A DNA stretch of 64,000 bases from Octopus bimaculoides (GCF_001194135.2 NC_068983.1:92951862-93015861), one strand, 5' to 3'. Shown: positions 26,901 through 43,132, counted from the stretch's first letter. The notes: generated by a model from the letters alone, not told the origin. Numbers and translations: made by a program.

Positions 26901-29900
26901 TCAATGTACTGTCTACCACAATGTCGTGCGCCAACAACCCCACCACCAGGGACACACACGATCAACACACTCGGTTTTATNNNNNNNNNNNNNNNNNNNN
27001 NNNNNNNNNNNNNNNNNNNNNNNNNNNNNNNNNNNNNNNNNNNNNNNNNNNNNNNNNNNNNNNNNNNNNNNNNNNNNNNNNNNNACGAACTGGATTTTTT
27101 GTCTCTACAGACACTTTTACTATGTTCTGTGTTTTTTCTCACACACACACTTGTGCACTCATACATTTTCTTTCCTTTCAGTAAAAACAAACACTCAGAC
27201 TTTCACATTCCGTGATTCCAGTTCCTGGACAGTAGTCATCACGATTTGTTTTCTCATTGTCTCATTTGTTTTTTACTAAGTGGCATTTACTGCCCATATT
27301 GCATGTTTTTCTTTCATTTGTACATTGCATGCATGTATCACACGAGCGTACATTTCATTTCTTTCATTTTTCTTTGTGTGTGTTTTGTGCTACATCTTGT
27401 GGGTGGTTTTTCAGTGGCCATCCTGCCTCAAATGTAATATTTATGCATTGTTTTGAAATAATCATGCATTATGCTGTAGCTTTGTGACTTTAATGAGGTG
27501 ATTGTTTATTTTTAGAATGACATTGTAGGATTGGTGTGAGAAGCTGGATCTGGCTAGCTTGAACAGAAAACAAGTAGAATATTCCGGCCAAGTATGGCTG
27601 GCTTAAATGCTAAAGGGTTAAACCTATCAGCTTATGTGTACTGCAAGTATGGAGGCAGTGAATGGATGAAGAATGATTAGGGGAGGAAGGTGGCTAAATT
27701 GGCTGACAGTGTAGGACATCTGTGATAGAAGAAAACCCAAAACAGTGGTAAGATATGCTCAGAGTACATCTTACATGAGATAAGAGGTGATATGTTGTAT
27801 GGCAGACCTGATTAACTTCAATCAATAAACAAATTTTAAACAGATCCATGTTGCTATCATCTTGTTGGTGATAGTTACATAGGAGATATACTACTATAAG
27901 CAAGATATTAGAATTGCAATTGAAAAAATAGACTTGGATCAGATAACCATATGGAAATACACTTGTAATGACTTGTAGTAAATAACAAAACTATAAGTAA
28001 TGAAATACTTTCAAGCTGTTTCCCATAATGTAAGAAATGAATTAAATGGATTAACATTTAGTCAGGATTTTATTGAGTAACTCCATGAACCCTCCCTTCA
28101 TTTTTTTTTTTGTACTGAGCTAGCTCTCATTTTCCATTCTATAAAAGGTTGATTCTTTTGATAAATTTTGATTATTAGTGGCTCAGATCATGTCTCAATA
28201 GTGTCACCTGCTAAAGCTACAAGTTTTCAAAAGCATCTGATACTACTACCTCTGAAAAGAGATGAGTGATGATGTATCATCGAATAAGTCCTCCCATATT
28301 GATCCACTTCACTGAAAGTACTCTCTACATGCACTTTCTCTTTTTAGTATTCAGTTAAATATATCAACGAACATTGGCATAGTTTGTTTACACTCTGTTT
28401 GGAAATATTTGTATACTCAATCAGTTTGCAAATTTCTCAGCTGCTTGTAAACTTTTTCTTTTATGTATACTCCTTGTACTGATAAGAAGAAATAAGTCTG
28501 ATAGGCAAACCAATAATGGAGCCTCTACATGACTACTAGATCTGCTAGTAGCATCAACTGGATCACTCTCTGTAACCTCTAAAAAAAGAAAAATGGAACA
28601 TGTATAATATATATAGGACCACATTGGTCCATGGCTAAAAAAAAGATTGAATGATCACAGTTGTAATGTCTTTAATCATATGTCTGCTAGATCAAGTCTG
28701 ATCTGAGGTTAAAATTCAATATCAAACTCTTGTAGATGCTATGAACTACTGTAGAGAAAACCAAAGCCTTCTGTTTCAATAACATTTGCAGTAATAAACA
28801 ACTTGTGATATTTCTATTGCAACTGTATCATTTCTAATTTTGATCTCTCCCATAAATACTAGCTCTCATCACCACGAGGTACTTTGAGAATAATTCAGAT
28901 CTTATAGATCTCTGTTTATTTCTTAATACACCGCTTCATACTCTTGCTTGATGGGGCTGAGGTCATTCCAAGTTAATGGTTCCAGAGGTGTCATCATATG
29001 TAGAGCTGGCCAAGTCCACCAGATGCAACGGATGCGCTAGTACAGACATGTCTCAATACTTACTTAGCTTTGCATAATTTCTCTTTTATTAGAGTAATTA
29101 TCGTTAACTCTGACTTACTGATGAAGACTTTGGAATGGTCTTAACTTCATACTTTGAATATTATTAATATGTATAGACAACTTGTTAAAAACTGGATTTC
29201 CCTATAAATAGAATTTTTTAAAAAATCTTTCAGAAAATTAGAATCATTAATTTGATTTTATATTTGTTCAATAGTCAAGAGTTAGCATTATAAAGATATA
29301 AAAAAAAACAACTCTTCTTTTTTGTGCTTTAGTGAAAACAATTATCATTTTTATTCAAACCATTTCCCAATAAAATTTGATTATAATGCTACACTTTTGT
29401 CACCAGAAAGCTAATGATATTCAAGATCAATATAAATACTAAAAACCAAAATTTTAGGTTGTCAAAAAAGGTTTTACACAAATATGTTAAGTAAGGCATT
29501 TTAGCAAATGGAAGATTTGGAAATAATTCATCAAAAAATTTTCTTTGAAGCTTCTAAGTGAAATAACTAAAGCAATAAAAAATTGTTTTAAAATTCCCAG
29601 TATTGTATTATAGAGAAATAGATTTTAACAAAGTAAAAAAATAAACATGACAAATAAGGCAACCAAAGGAATTTTCACACAACCCCTTGACTTGCTACAA
29701 ATAGCAGCTGAATTTCTCTTAAATCACATCCTATCATCTTAGAAGAAAGGATACAAGATAATACAGTCCTAGATAAATCTAAAAAAATGGAATATTCATG
29801 CCTGAGAGATGCCATTGACTATAAGTCTGTTTGATCAGGGTTGATCTGGAGTAAAGCAACAACAAATAGATATGACAACTAGCAATATATTAGACAAATA

Positions 29901-31050
29901 GAAAACAGAAGCAGTACTTTCTTTATTAATATTCTAGTCTGTGCTTATCATCTGTCCAAATCAGCATATATACTCCTTATTAAAATGTAAAAAGTAATAT
30001 AATTCATAAAACAGAGGGAATGACTTTTGCAAATATTAAAAAAAATATTGGTTAATAACAAAAATCCACCACATTATCATCATTTAATGTCTATGTTCCA
30101 TGCTGGCATGGGTTGGAAGGAATAAATATAAGAAATGAATAGAAGAAAAAACTATATATACTTAAAATTCAAACAATATTTGTTCAAAGTAATACATTTT
30201 TTAGCAAATATTATTTTAACCTCTTGCAGACAAATTTAGTACTGACAGTCTGTGCTGTGTACTGGTATTATGCCGCTCAGTTACTACATAACTTTTCATA
30301 CAAGGAAATTTACAGTGCATTTACAGATTCTTCTCAGTGTGGTATATTTGAAAATATGGTACTGCACAGAGCGAGGCATTGCATTGCTCACACACAGTGC
30401 TTCCATGCAGTCAGTACCACTTCCAGTCTGCAAGGGGTGAAAAAGTGAACCCCACCACCAAAAAAAACAAAAAAAAAACAAACAAACAGAGAGAGAGAAA
30501 GATAGAGAGAATATTTGAATAAAGGAATATTATTTACCGTGGTTGTTAATTTCAACTGATATATATTCAGTATTCTCCTCATTTCTTATCTGCATAAGAA
30601 TACCTTGCTTCTTTGCAGTAGAGAAACCAATAGTTGCTGTGTTGAAATCAGAAGCAGAAAGCCCCTGTGATTCATCAAATTTGTAGGTTATCATATAGTT
30701 GGGTAGCATATTGGCACCAACCTCTGTAACAAAAACAATTGGAAGCATTAATCAAAAGGTTTTAAATCCTTATATATATATTTTATCTGGTTCAGTTATT
30801 AGACTGCAGATATGCTGGGGCACTGCTTTAAATCTTTAATTGAATGAATCGATCCCAGTACTTATTTTTTAAGCCTGGTACTTATTCTATCGGTCTCTTT
30901 TGCCAAACTGCTAAGCTATGGAGATGCAAACACACCAAAACCGGTTGTAAAGTGGTGGTGGTGACACAGACAGAAAGACACACATACACATATACATACT
31001 AACAAATGTATATATATCATCATCAGTGGACGTTAAACGATGATGATGAT

Positions 31051-31092
<42 letters not shown>

Positions 31093-34000
31093 ATTGAGCT
31101 TCTTTCAGTTTCCATTTTGGTAAATCTACTCATAAGGCTTTGGTCAGCCCAAGGCTATAGTTGAAAACACTTGCTCAAGGTGTCACAAAGTATTTAACAG
31201 CAATATTTTAGAATTTTAATATAAACATTTAGAGTATTCAATATAAACCATTTATACAACACATATACGGCTGTTCCATTCTGGCTTGTAGCAAATGCAT
31301 ATTTTGTATACCAGAATGTGCCAAATCATAGCTACAGCTCTGAATTTGCTATTTTAAGCTGAAATATAAGGGTTTCTTTGTGTTAAATACCAGCTTACCA
31401 TAAAGGATATGTTTAGTAAGCATCTATCACACATGTAAGGTACATGCCTGATAAAATTCATGCAATGCATATACTGTAAGGTCTCCTTATTTAAAGAATT
31501 CAGATCTTGTAGCATTTGTATATTAGCTATGTAATGGTTGTTCATGGTGAGATAGAGGATTAATCACATACAGCAGAAATGGAAAACATTTAATTCTGTT
31601 CTTAAGAGGCAAATATCACCTAAAATAAAATATACTGTTTATAATTTGCACATATATGATTGATAGAAATAGCCCGAGGACTATCGAACCAACTGCTAAC
31701 ATTAATGCAAAACACAGGATTGCAATAAATATAGATAGAAAACTGGTGTTAAAAAAAAGAGAACATATTGAAGACATTCTATTAGAATAACCTTTCCAAA
31801 TAGAAAATCTTTGTTGAAAAGGATATCGAAGAGATGCATTTTGTGGTGATAGGAAATATCAGAACATGGTATCAAAATTTGTCTTTCAAAAAAAAAAAAA
31901 AAAAAAATTACTCCCATTCCTTTTCTCACAATCTATGTAGTTCTAAACTATATGGCAGTGCATAGTTACAAAAAAGTCATTATTATAATATTGCTTGCTA
32001 TTATACAGAAGCATTTACAATCATTGAATAAAAAAGCTGATATTCTAAATTCATATTTATTCCATAATCTATTCATGTTTTGTATAGATGAAAATTTTCT
32101 TTTATAATTTCTAACTTACATTGTGATTGCCTGCCTGCAATTGAGTCATGTCATCCTTTTTGTTTAGGTTGCGATTTTATTCATAATTCTTGGTTATTTT
32201 AATACTTTATAAGAAATAAATGCTAGTTATAGGCAGTTTCAACAAATTTTGGTTGCTGGATTTCAAACATATTTAGACATGAATCTGATCACAGCAGATC
32301 ATGTCTAAACATTTCAGAATTAAATCAATGACTTTTTACATGTGCTTGGCATTTAGTGTACAGTTCTTTTAGCTTACTAGATTAGGGATTACATTTTCAG
32401 AAGCAGTCTTCAGAATATTTATTTAATGAAGAATCAATGTAGTAAAATATAAATGCCACTTGGGCATCTTTTATTGTAATTTTTTTAAATAACCACAGTC
32501 ATTCAGAAATATTATAATTATGCTCAGTTTAATAATGTGTTTTGCTAAAACAATAATTATTAGCAACAGAAGTAGTATTAATACCAAAAGGTGATCTTTA
32601 TGTCCAACTTAATGTGAATGTATTGTTAGCATGCTGAATACTGCTTTATTTACCTGGGAAGAACCTCTCATATGGATTTATGGTGTGCATAAAAGCACAT
32701 ATACTTATATTGTTGGCAGATTAGGATCATCTGTTATGAGCACAGGTACTACCAGATCACATGACTTCAAAATACCCTTTCAGGTAGATGTCCAGTCACT
32801 GAATACCAGCCAAATCTCACAGCCAAGTGAGATATTGAATTTCAGTGACTCTTCAGGCACTGATTTGAATAGCCAGCAGGCTTATTAAAAAGTAATTACT
32901 AGTGACAGAGGCACTATTAAGATCAAAAAGCAATCTTTATACCCAACTTAAAAGGGATGTTTTGTTAGAATGCCTAATACCATGTAATCTACCTTGAGAG
33001 AACTTTCATATGGATGCATGGTGCATAAGAGCACACATATTCATATTATTGGCAGATAAGAATTGTCTGTTATGGGTGCTGGAATTGCCATATCACATGA
33101 TTTTGACATACTATCTCCTCAGTGGCTATTTGTGACATCAGTGCTTGAAGAGACATTAAAATTGTATATATTGTTAGCAGTGATATTTGGCTGGTATGCA
33201 GGGAAATCTGCCGCTGAGAAGGCAGGGTATGTTGAAATCACATGATCTGGGAGGTTTGGCACCTGTAGCAGATGGTTCTTGTATGCCAACAATATTAATG
33301 TGTGTTTTTTGTGACATGCATCCATATGAGTCCTCAAGGTTAATAATGCAGTATACAGCATTCTAATGAAACATTTATGTTAAATTGGATATAATGATTG
33401 CCTTTTGGTATTAATAGTGCTTCTGTCATTAATAATTATTTTTAAATAAGCCTGCTGGCTATTTGCATCATCAGTGCTTGAAGAGTCACTGAAACTCTAT
33501 ATATCATTTGGCAGTAAGATTTGGCTGATATGCAGTGCCTGAATGTCTACCACTGAGGAGATGGGGTATTTTGAAGTCATATGGTCTGGTAGTTTATGCG
33601 CCAATAACTGATGATGCCCATCTGCCAATGGTCTGAATATGTGTGCTTTTATGCAGAGGTTCTCCAAAGGTAAATAAGGTAGTATATGGCATTTTAACAA
33701 AACATCCACATTAAATTAGACATAAAGAATGTATTTTATTTTCAGATGGCTGTCTAGTAATGGAGTTGATGGTCTTAACTATCTCATTTAAGTAACAGAG
33801 TCAAAGTTAGTTCCTGAGAAGTTGAGTTCACAAAATAACTTTAAGAAAATCTCTTTACTTTACTTATGTTACTAATGTCCTTGAAAGATAGGTATTCAAG
33901 GTCACAGTGTCTGATCCCTCTTCCACATAAATTTGTAGCACTGTGTCTAAATAAGAAATCCAAGTTATATTAATATAGAAGTGAATTTTAATTTATTCAA

Positions 34001-37000
34001 CAGCCATTTTTATGCTCAAACTACCACATCTTAGCATAAAATAAAAAGCACATTTAGTGATGTAGATGGATACACTATTTCTGAAAAAAGAAAATGGGAT
34101 GGTTGTTTATGGCTGTAGTGCTTTAAATCAAAGATATAATGGATCATGGTTGACCCAAAACTTTAACAAGAAGAGGAAATAGGTTGATCAAAACCACTGG
34201 ACAACACAGATAATGCAGATTTAAGTAGATCTATCTTTAAAGCCACAGATGCTTTAATATTATTAGATCTCCTCAGCAAGGAATGTTCTACTCAGTAGGC
34301 AAGACTAAAAGTCACTGTCATATATCTACTTTTCTATGCTGACATGGATTGAATTGGTTTTTCAAGACAGTGTTTTATAGGTAACTGCCCTTCTTGTCAT
34401 TAATTCTTTTAGCTGCCTTGTATCATAAGAAAAGACACAGTATACTTATTTTAAAACTAGGATACACATGGTAATGAGAAGATTAAAAAGAATCATCAAC
34501 ATCATCATCACCACCACCACCACCACTACCACACAAAATGGAAACATATTTGTTGCTTTCACTAGATAGCTTTAAAGACCAGATCCACTCAAATTTGCAT
34601 TCTCTATATTTTCCAAAATTTCACTCAACTGATCTTAATGCTAGCAGAAAAAACAACAAAAAACATCTAGATAAAGTTTTTGCTATCAAATTACAAAAAT
34701 AATCTTGGTTAATTAATGTTTTTTCAATTCAGTATATTACAGATTTGAGACTCCACTATATTTGTATTTTGCATGCATTCAGATTACTCTATCAAATGTA
34801 ATGCTTATTTATTCCTATTGTTTTAAATTAATAATGCATTATCTCATAGCTTTGAGATCTCAATGATGTGACTGTTTATTTTTAGAATGACATTATAGGG
34901 TCGATGTGAGAAGCATGATCTGGTTGGTTTGAACATAAAATAGGTAAAATGTCTGGCCTTGTTACAACCAATTCAAATGCTAAATGGTTAAGGGATTTTT
35001 GTTCAATCATATTATTGCTAAAAAACACTGGTATAATATTTACAGATCTGAAAGCAAATCTATCTTTGTTACTGAATTTAAATTTGCTATATATAATGTG
35101 TGTGTGTGTGCTGGTGCCACATCAAAAATCGCTCATGCCAGCATCACTTAAAGGTGCTTGTGCTGGTGCCATGCTAAAAGCACCCAGAAGCACTGTAAAG
35201 TGGTTGCCATTAGGAAGGGCATCCAGCCATAGAAGCCAAGCTGAATCGAACTGGAACTTGGAACAGCTCTCCTGCTTGACAGCTCTGGTCAAACCGTTCA
35301 ACCCATGCCAGCATAGAAAACGGATGTTAAAGGATGATGATGATGATATATAACGAGAGAGAGAGAGAGTTAAGAGCTTACCTCTTCCACACATCCAACC
35401 TCTGAAAGGAGTATAGGAACAATCACAGGTATAATGAGAGTAACCTTCATAGCATGTCCCTCCGTTGAAACATGGATTACTCATACATTTGCCAACACAG
35501 CCTGAAAAAGAGATGAAGAAAATATCTAAAAATATTTGCAGCATTGTGTATAACTTCAAACATGCATTTGCATATGTATGTGAAAGAAACAAAACAAAGA
35601 AATCAATAAAAGGAAATAAGGAAAAAAGAATGTTTGAAATAGTCTCTGAGGGCAGATTGGACAAGATCAGTCAAAAGAGTTGATACACTTGTAAGTCAAA
35701 ACCAAAAATATATGTAGTTAGACCAATGTGCTGGATGCACTTTTTTAAAAAACAATTTAAGCAATATGAGAGTAACAGATTTTCAGTGTTAGTGTATTTG
35801 GTTCTGTTTGGAGGATATAAACAAAAAGAGAATAGCTAATTCTGGAAACCATGACAAAAAACTTTGGGATGATCAAAGGTAAGGCATTTTATATTTCATT
35901 GGTAGAGTAGTGCAGAAGTAGCTGATTGCATATTGGTAAAATCATATATTTATGATTAAACACAACACAAAACTATTTTTGTTGTTTGAAAGATTTTTAT
36001 ATTTATGCTGTTTAGAGGGACAGTTTTAATAATGATCTTGCTTTGCTTATGAGAAAAAATATTTCATTTTATTATTTTTCTTTTTAGATTTTAGTTAAAT
36101 GCAGAATCTATTCATTTTTTAATGCTTATGGTGACAGGTAAATCTTCTCCAAGTGTTCTATATTAAAGGAATATGTGGAATGGCTCCATGGTTGGTAATT
36201 AGATGTACTGAAGTGAAAATCAAGAAAATAAAGTCTGTGAAGACAAGTTTAACTACAGAGAAGTACATGACTGATTACAGAGGCTTGGAGTAATCAACAT
36301 GTTAAGGGTAAAAACTCTGGCATCTTAGATTATGACCATTTGAGCATAGTCTATTATATACAAAGACAACCACTGCAAACTGTTTAATTTTGGAAAACTA
36401 CCATTGTAGTAAATGTTGCAGATAGATTGAGCTTTCTGAATTGACCTTTTTAGGAAGGTATCAGAAGTGGAAGAAATATACAGAATTTTAGAAATGAAGC
36501 TCATGAGGTTTTTGAATGGCAGAGGTGTTTCATTGAATCAGTTCTTAATGAGTAGACACATCTAGGATGAATGAATAATAGGTTCAGAGCAATGAAAATT
36601 TGAGGAGATACAGAGAAAAGTTAAAATTTAAGAAGAGAAAGAGAAATAAAAGAGGTGCAAAAAGGGGGGGGGGGAGTAAAGGCTAATAAACATAGTAATG
36701 TTAAAAGAATCCTTGAGATGTTATGATTTACCATTAGCCAAATAATCCATATGACAACTGTCTTAATAAAACTGAGAACAAAGTTATGTTTAAATACAAT
36801 TAGTAGCATTCAGTAAATAACAGTAAAATATCATAGTCATCAAAGATTTTATAGTAAAAATAATTTTTAGCTGTATACAGAATGGACCAGGATAAGATAT
36901 GAAAGATAACATTAAGATGGACAACACCTGAAAACTGAAAGTCAGGCTTGCCAAAGAACACTTGGCATAGAACATGGCAAAAGGAAGTGCAAGTTTCTAA

Positions 37001-40000
37001 AGACCAGTCTGAATGGCACTGAATTGTCAAAGTCTTATACTCCAACTGAGATGGGGAGGATTTGTTGTGATTACTGTATAATGTATTGTAATTTCAAAGG
37101 GTTTCGAGAGGAAAAAAAATTTAAACACTAGTGATATTCTAATGTATCAAGAGATATTTACTTTAAAAGAGATTTCATTTTAGAAGCCTATTCAAAATAA
37201 ACATTACAACCGAGGAATACATGTTTGTAAGCATGTGTCAGATTGAGAAAGGGAAAGTGTGTGTGTGTATGTATATCAAGAAGCAGGTAGTTATATAATG
37301 TGTGCAAGCAATAGAGGTAGTGAAGAAGAAAAAGAAAGTAAGAAAAAATGTTTGAGAATGTGTAAACATGCATGTATGGGTATGAGTTGTTTCTATCCAA
37401 CAAGAATAAATCTTCTCAAAAGAAACTATTCCTTATTATGCAGAAGCATTGATTATAAGATGATGACAAATTGGATGCTAGAATTACTGTATTGAATTCC
37501 CTCAAGAGATGTATATGTAACTAATGATTGGTTATACCTCACAACTGATAGAAATATACTAATTGTATGTTGGCTGAATGTAAAGAATGTAGAAAAGATA
37601 TTGCTGGAAGAGAGAGAGAATATGACTAATAACATTTTCTTCACTGATTAGAAACCCCAATAATGACCAAAATACAATAGAAAGGAAAATAAAAGAACTT
37701 CATGCTAAAGGTCTGAATAAAATTCTTAAGCAAAACCATCCTCAACTCTAGAAAGTATCAATCTTCTTTTTGTTTTGAATTCAACAATGAAAATGGATTA
37801 ACAAATTTAGACTGACAAAATCCATTCCCCACTTTCAATATGCACAGCAAACTTTCTTCTACATATAAGATTTATTGTAAATTTTTATATATTTTCCTGA
37901 CCTCTTTATCATCATCACACCATTTTGTTGTTTTCTAATTGATTAAGTTCTACAGGGAATTAAAGATTATCTTTCCTTCATTTTCTCTACACAAGGATGA
38001 TTAACGGTGAGGAGAACTATAAGCAAAATTAAATTCGATCTGCTTTACACAGCAACACAACCTTCAGTTGTCAAAGTCGGCCATGTAATAATATCAAAGA
38101 TTCAAATAAGCATCCTTTGATCCTTAATTTCTATTACACTGTCAGTAAAAGTGGACTCCTACATTTAAGAAACAAAAGAATGATGCTTCATAAAATATAT
38201 TTTCTCCTCTTTTGTCAAGTGATTCTAACATTATTGAAATCAGGGCATCACTGAATATGAAGAGATATTTCAAGAATAACAAGCTAGTTCCTTTACTTTC
38301 CTTAAGAGACTCAAAGTACTTGTACTTAACATAGTCATATGTACAAAGCTCTAGTATCAACTATCCTTCTTTCTCAACACAAACACATGTATATGCATTT
38401 TTCCATTACAATCTATAAATGAATATAAAAATTATGCAAAAAAATACAGCCGCATCGTTTTCTAACTAGCTGCCTCACTTTTAAAATCATGAACTTAGCA
38501 TAAAGAGTGTTTTTTTTTTAAACCAAAATTCTGCACACAATATTACTTGAGGTAAAATACTCAATTAACATGCAATTCATGACATTTCTACATAATAAAT
38601 GAATTAGAAAATGTGTGGGAGAACAACATTGAGTGAGTTACTAGTGGAAGTTGAAAATACTTAAGACAACTCTAACAAGAACATTGATCTATAAACTATA
38701 TAAAGTCATACTTCTATTGATATTCTCTAGCTGATATAATCAGTGACTTATAGATATTGATAAGTAAGTATCGAAGAAATATATTGATCAGAGTTTAAAA
38801 AAAATAACAATATTGTCTAATTAATTATAGATTAAGAAACTATGATCTGCCTTTGTGTTACAAACACAAGCATACACACATGCTCACTCATATGCACACA
38901 TATATATAATGCCCATCCTCAGTATACATAGCTGATCATGTGCATCCATCCACCCACCATCATTCACATACTTGATTACACACACACATGCAGACATGAA
39001 TGTTTAGAAAAGAATAGTAAAAGCAACTAATTTCAGTATTATGAATATTAGTTGTTAAAACAAACAGTTTTATGAATGGTTCATAAGATTCAACTGAAAT
39101 TGAATCAGCTACAGTAAAAGACTGCAGAGTTGAAGACAAGCAATCAATTCAGAAAATAACTTGCTAAATATAGGATGAACATTTGATTTTAAATGCCATT
39201 TAGAAATGGACCAAAGGCTCATTACAAATGAGTTAGCATTTACCAGTAGTGCTTCTTAACTGAGAAAACAAGAGAGATTGTGACAAAAATCCTATTTGAA
39301 TATTCTTTAATTGTACATGTAAACTGCATCAAATGCTGTATAAAATTATTTTTCAAAAGTTGAAATCATTTCAAATATCCACAGGGAGTAACCTAAAAAA
39401 ACGTTCTGTTTGATGAAAGAAACTACAAAGCAGCTCTGATCTAAACCAAAAATAAAAACTATAAAAAGAAAACCTATCAAATTAATGCAGCATTAAAAAT
39501 AAAACATATTGACTTTATTGGAATTACGACTTGTAATAATGAAAAAAAGAAAAAAAAAGAGACATCTTATTACACGCTTGTTCAAAGAAAATCATCAGCC
39601 AATCAAAATACAAACCTTCTGAGACACCATAGGTTATTTCTCCACGTGCTACCATTCCTCGAAGATCCATGATAGCACCATTTACCATTAATCCACGGAT
39701 ACAACCAACAAAACCACTATGGTAACCAACAGCAGCTCCTAGTTAAAAAAATGGCAAAAATGTATTTGAAATAGCTTGAGCATTTGGTTTAAAGTGAAAA
39801 ATAAAGCATGGTTGCTTTAGGAAATGTGGTTAACAATTGCTTGAAATTAAAGAACACAAAATAATACATTTAATTACTAAATATTACATTAAGCCACCAT
39901 TAACAGATAGCATCTCTTAGTGTAAACAGCCAAATGATGGCTTGTAAAATACAGATGCACGTTCAGAATCCCAATTATTAGTTGTTGGTAGCTTAATTTT

Positions 40001-40078
40001 CTTGTGTATTACCATAAATGTAATGTGGATTCATGTAGAACATAGATTGGCTTCATATCCACTTTGCCAATTGGTTTG

Positions 40079-40113
<35 letters not shown>

Positions 40114-42397
40114 TTAACATTCATTTTTCATGCAGGACGGTTTGACAGGAGCTGGCCTGTTGAAGAGCTGCCCAAGCTCCATGTCTGTTTTGGCATGATT
40201 TCTAAGGCTGGATGCCCTTCCTAACATCAACCACATAATGGAGTGTACTGGGTGCTTTCAAGAACACATGCACTCACTCATACAATGAAGTTCTGTTGAA
40301 TGCAAAATATTTTACAAGAACAATTTGATTCAAAACAATGAATTTGATAAATATCTAAATTACTGAGGTGAATTGCTAATACATTTGAATTTCTTTGAAT
40401 TAATAATTTAGTCTTTAGAGATCAAGGCAAATACTGTAGTTTTATGGCTTTCTTACAGTATATCCATGTTAAATAAGATATTAGTTTTGTTTTTCTTTTT
40501 AGGCACCATGTTCAGAATGTAGGACATAGGCAATCATGTCCAACCACATTTCTCTGCTCTTTGTTTTCTGTAACAGTTCCACTTCCTGATGTTTAATGCC
40601 TCTTTCTTCCAGCCTGTTTGTCAAGGTTGACATTCATATCAACGTTCTCCTTCCTCTGCTAGTCAATACTAAATTTTCCAGTCCCTCTTTCCTCATCACA
40701 TGACCAAGAAATCTCAGTTGTTTGGCCCTTATCTCAAAGTAGTTTCCTATTTACTGTAGTCTGGGTCATCACTTCTTCATTAGATACTTTGTCTGTTCAT
40801 GCTATCTTCAATATTCTCCTTAAAAACCACATTTTACAGTCCTCCAAGCACTTTCTCATTCCTGATGTTATAGACCATGCCACACTTCCATACATTAACA
40901 TTAATATGTTTTCTCAAGAAGTTATACAATTTTGAGAATGCAGATTTTGCCAACACTATTTCTTTTTTGATCAAGGCTAATTGACAGAGGTGAGTTTTTT
41001 TTATCAATAGTGTCAGTATAATAAAATAACTTAGTATTATTTTATGGATGACTGGTTAGAAAATGCTGGTAATCTAATTTAACATCATGAATGATCAAGA
41101 CTTGGATACAAAATACTTAGTCTATATCTGCTATATAAATGAGAATGTATGCATGTATAGCCCAAAAGGCTCAGAATCAGCATGTCCTCGAGAAGAATGG
41201 ATTTGATTTCTGAAATCTGCCTCTCAATGGTAAGATAATCAGTTATAATTAATCAAAAAACATAATTTGTTACAAGAAATAACTCAACTTTTAGATATAC
41301 AAATCTCCTACTCTCTATCTGTCTGCATCAGGCTCTCTCTTTTATGCCTTTCCCTCTCTCTCTCTATATATATATACATTTACCACACTCTTTATCACTC
41401 TCTGACTGTATATGTATATCTTTCACACAAGCTGTGCTTCCCGCTCCTCTATTCATATGACATGTAACTGCTTTCATTTTGTTTAAAACTTCATCTTTTA
41501 ATGTTTACTTTCATTTTATGATAGACAGCTATCATGCAGGAAATGCTACCTTCCAAATCCTGTTTTCTGACTGGATAAAAATGATCAAACTTTAAAACTC
41601 CATAACATTTTTCTAAGATTTTTCTAGAATAAATGAATCACAAAATTAGATTTGAAAATTTTCACTTAATTTTAAAATTCCAAAATTTGTGACAGCAACA
41701 GAAAAGATCTCTTTCTCTATTTGACTATCTCTTTCATTTATACTTTTCTCATTGTAAACTTCCTCCTCTCTATATATAGTCACCATACTTGCTCTCACTC
41801 TCTATGTATATTGTTCATGCTGAGAGAGAGAGCGATAATGTGCGTGTGTGCATGACATTATATAACAAATATCATTAGGGTGATAGAGTTGAAAGCAGTA
41901 AGCTAAGAAAAAATTTTACATTTATGCACCAAATGGAAAAACAAAAACTTAGCTTATCAATACAATATAAATTGCTGCAAATAATGCAGAAACCTGTCCT
42001 GATCAAGAGGAGTATCCATTGGAGAAGACATGATCTTACATGGAACAAATAAAATTGAAATAAAGATATTCTATTGTGAAAATTGCCTTGCGATGATGGG
42101 ATACTCAGCCAGTTAATTATACAACATACTCAAATATTTAACTGCTTTCTGAAACAGACGCTTTATTTTAAAGGCTCAAAATAAAATATGGGATGTTATA
42201 CAAGCACTCAGCTCTGAGTGCACTGTTTCTTATAGCAGAAATAGCTGTAAATTAATAAAAATGATTGTGTAACTCCTATTCTTTTGTCATTCATTAATTG
42301 ATATTATGCCCTGTACTCTCCTGACACTTTATTCTAAAGCATTAGGACATTAAGTTCTAACAACTGCTTATTAGTATCACCATGCCTAAGAAAAATC

Positions 42398-42432
<35 letters not shown>

Positions 42433-42447
42433 ATATAGTTATGTGTA

Positions 42448-42498
<51 letters not shown>

Positions 42499-43095
42499 AT
42501 CATCATCATCATTTAACGTCTGTTGTCCATGCTGGCATGGGTTGGATGGTTTGAGTGGGCTGGCATGCTGGAAGGCTGCACCAGACTCCAGTCAGATTTG
42601 GCATGGTTTTCTATGGCTGGATGCCCTTCCTAATGCCAACCAATCCAAGAGCGTAATGGATGCTTTTATGCGTCACCAGCACACGTGCTATTTGCATGAC
42701 ACCAGTATCTGCCATAACTTCGATTTTGCTCAGCTTGATGGGTCTTTCTTATCAAACATGACACAATGCCAAAGGTCTTGGTCATTGTCTCTGTGAGACT
42801 TAACACTCAAAAGGAGCTTGGCCACTTTGCCTCCATGAGGCCCAGATATATGTATGTGTGTGTATGTATGTGTGTATATATATATGTATGTATTTATTAC
42901 TGGTGAAGGATGGTTTATAGGGTTACCCTGGGTTTCTTGCCATAAAGGGTACATTAATGGCGTATCTTCTGACCCTAAGACCTGTTAGTGATATTACTGG
43001 CCTTCACCAGTAATAAATATAGACTGCTCTACTTCTTAGAGTATGCTCCTTCTCTGGATTTATGTTCCCCATCCCACCAAAAAATATATATGTAT

Positions 43096-43132
<37 letters not shown>

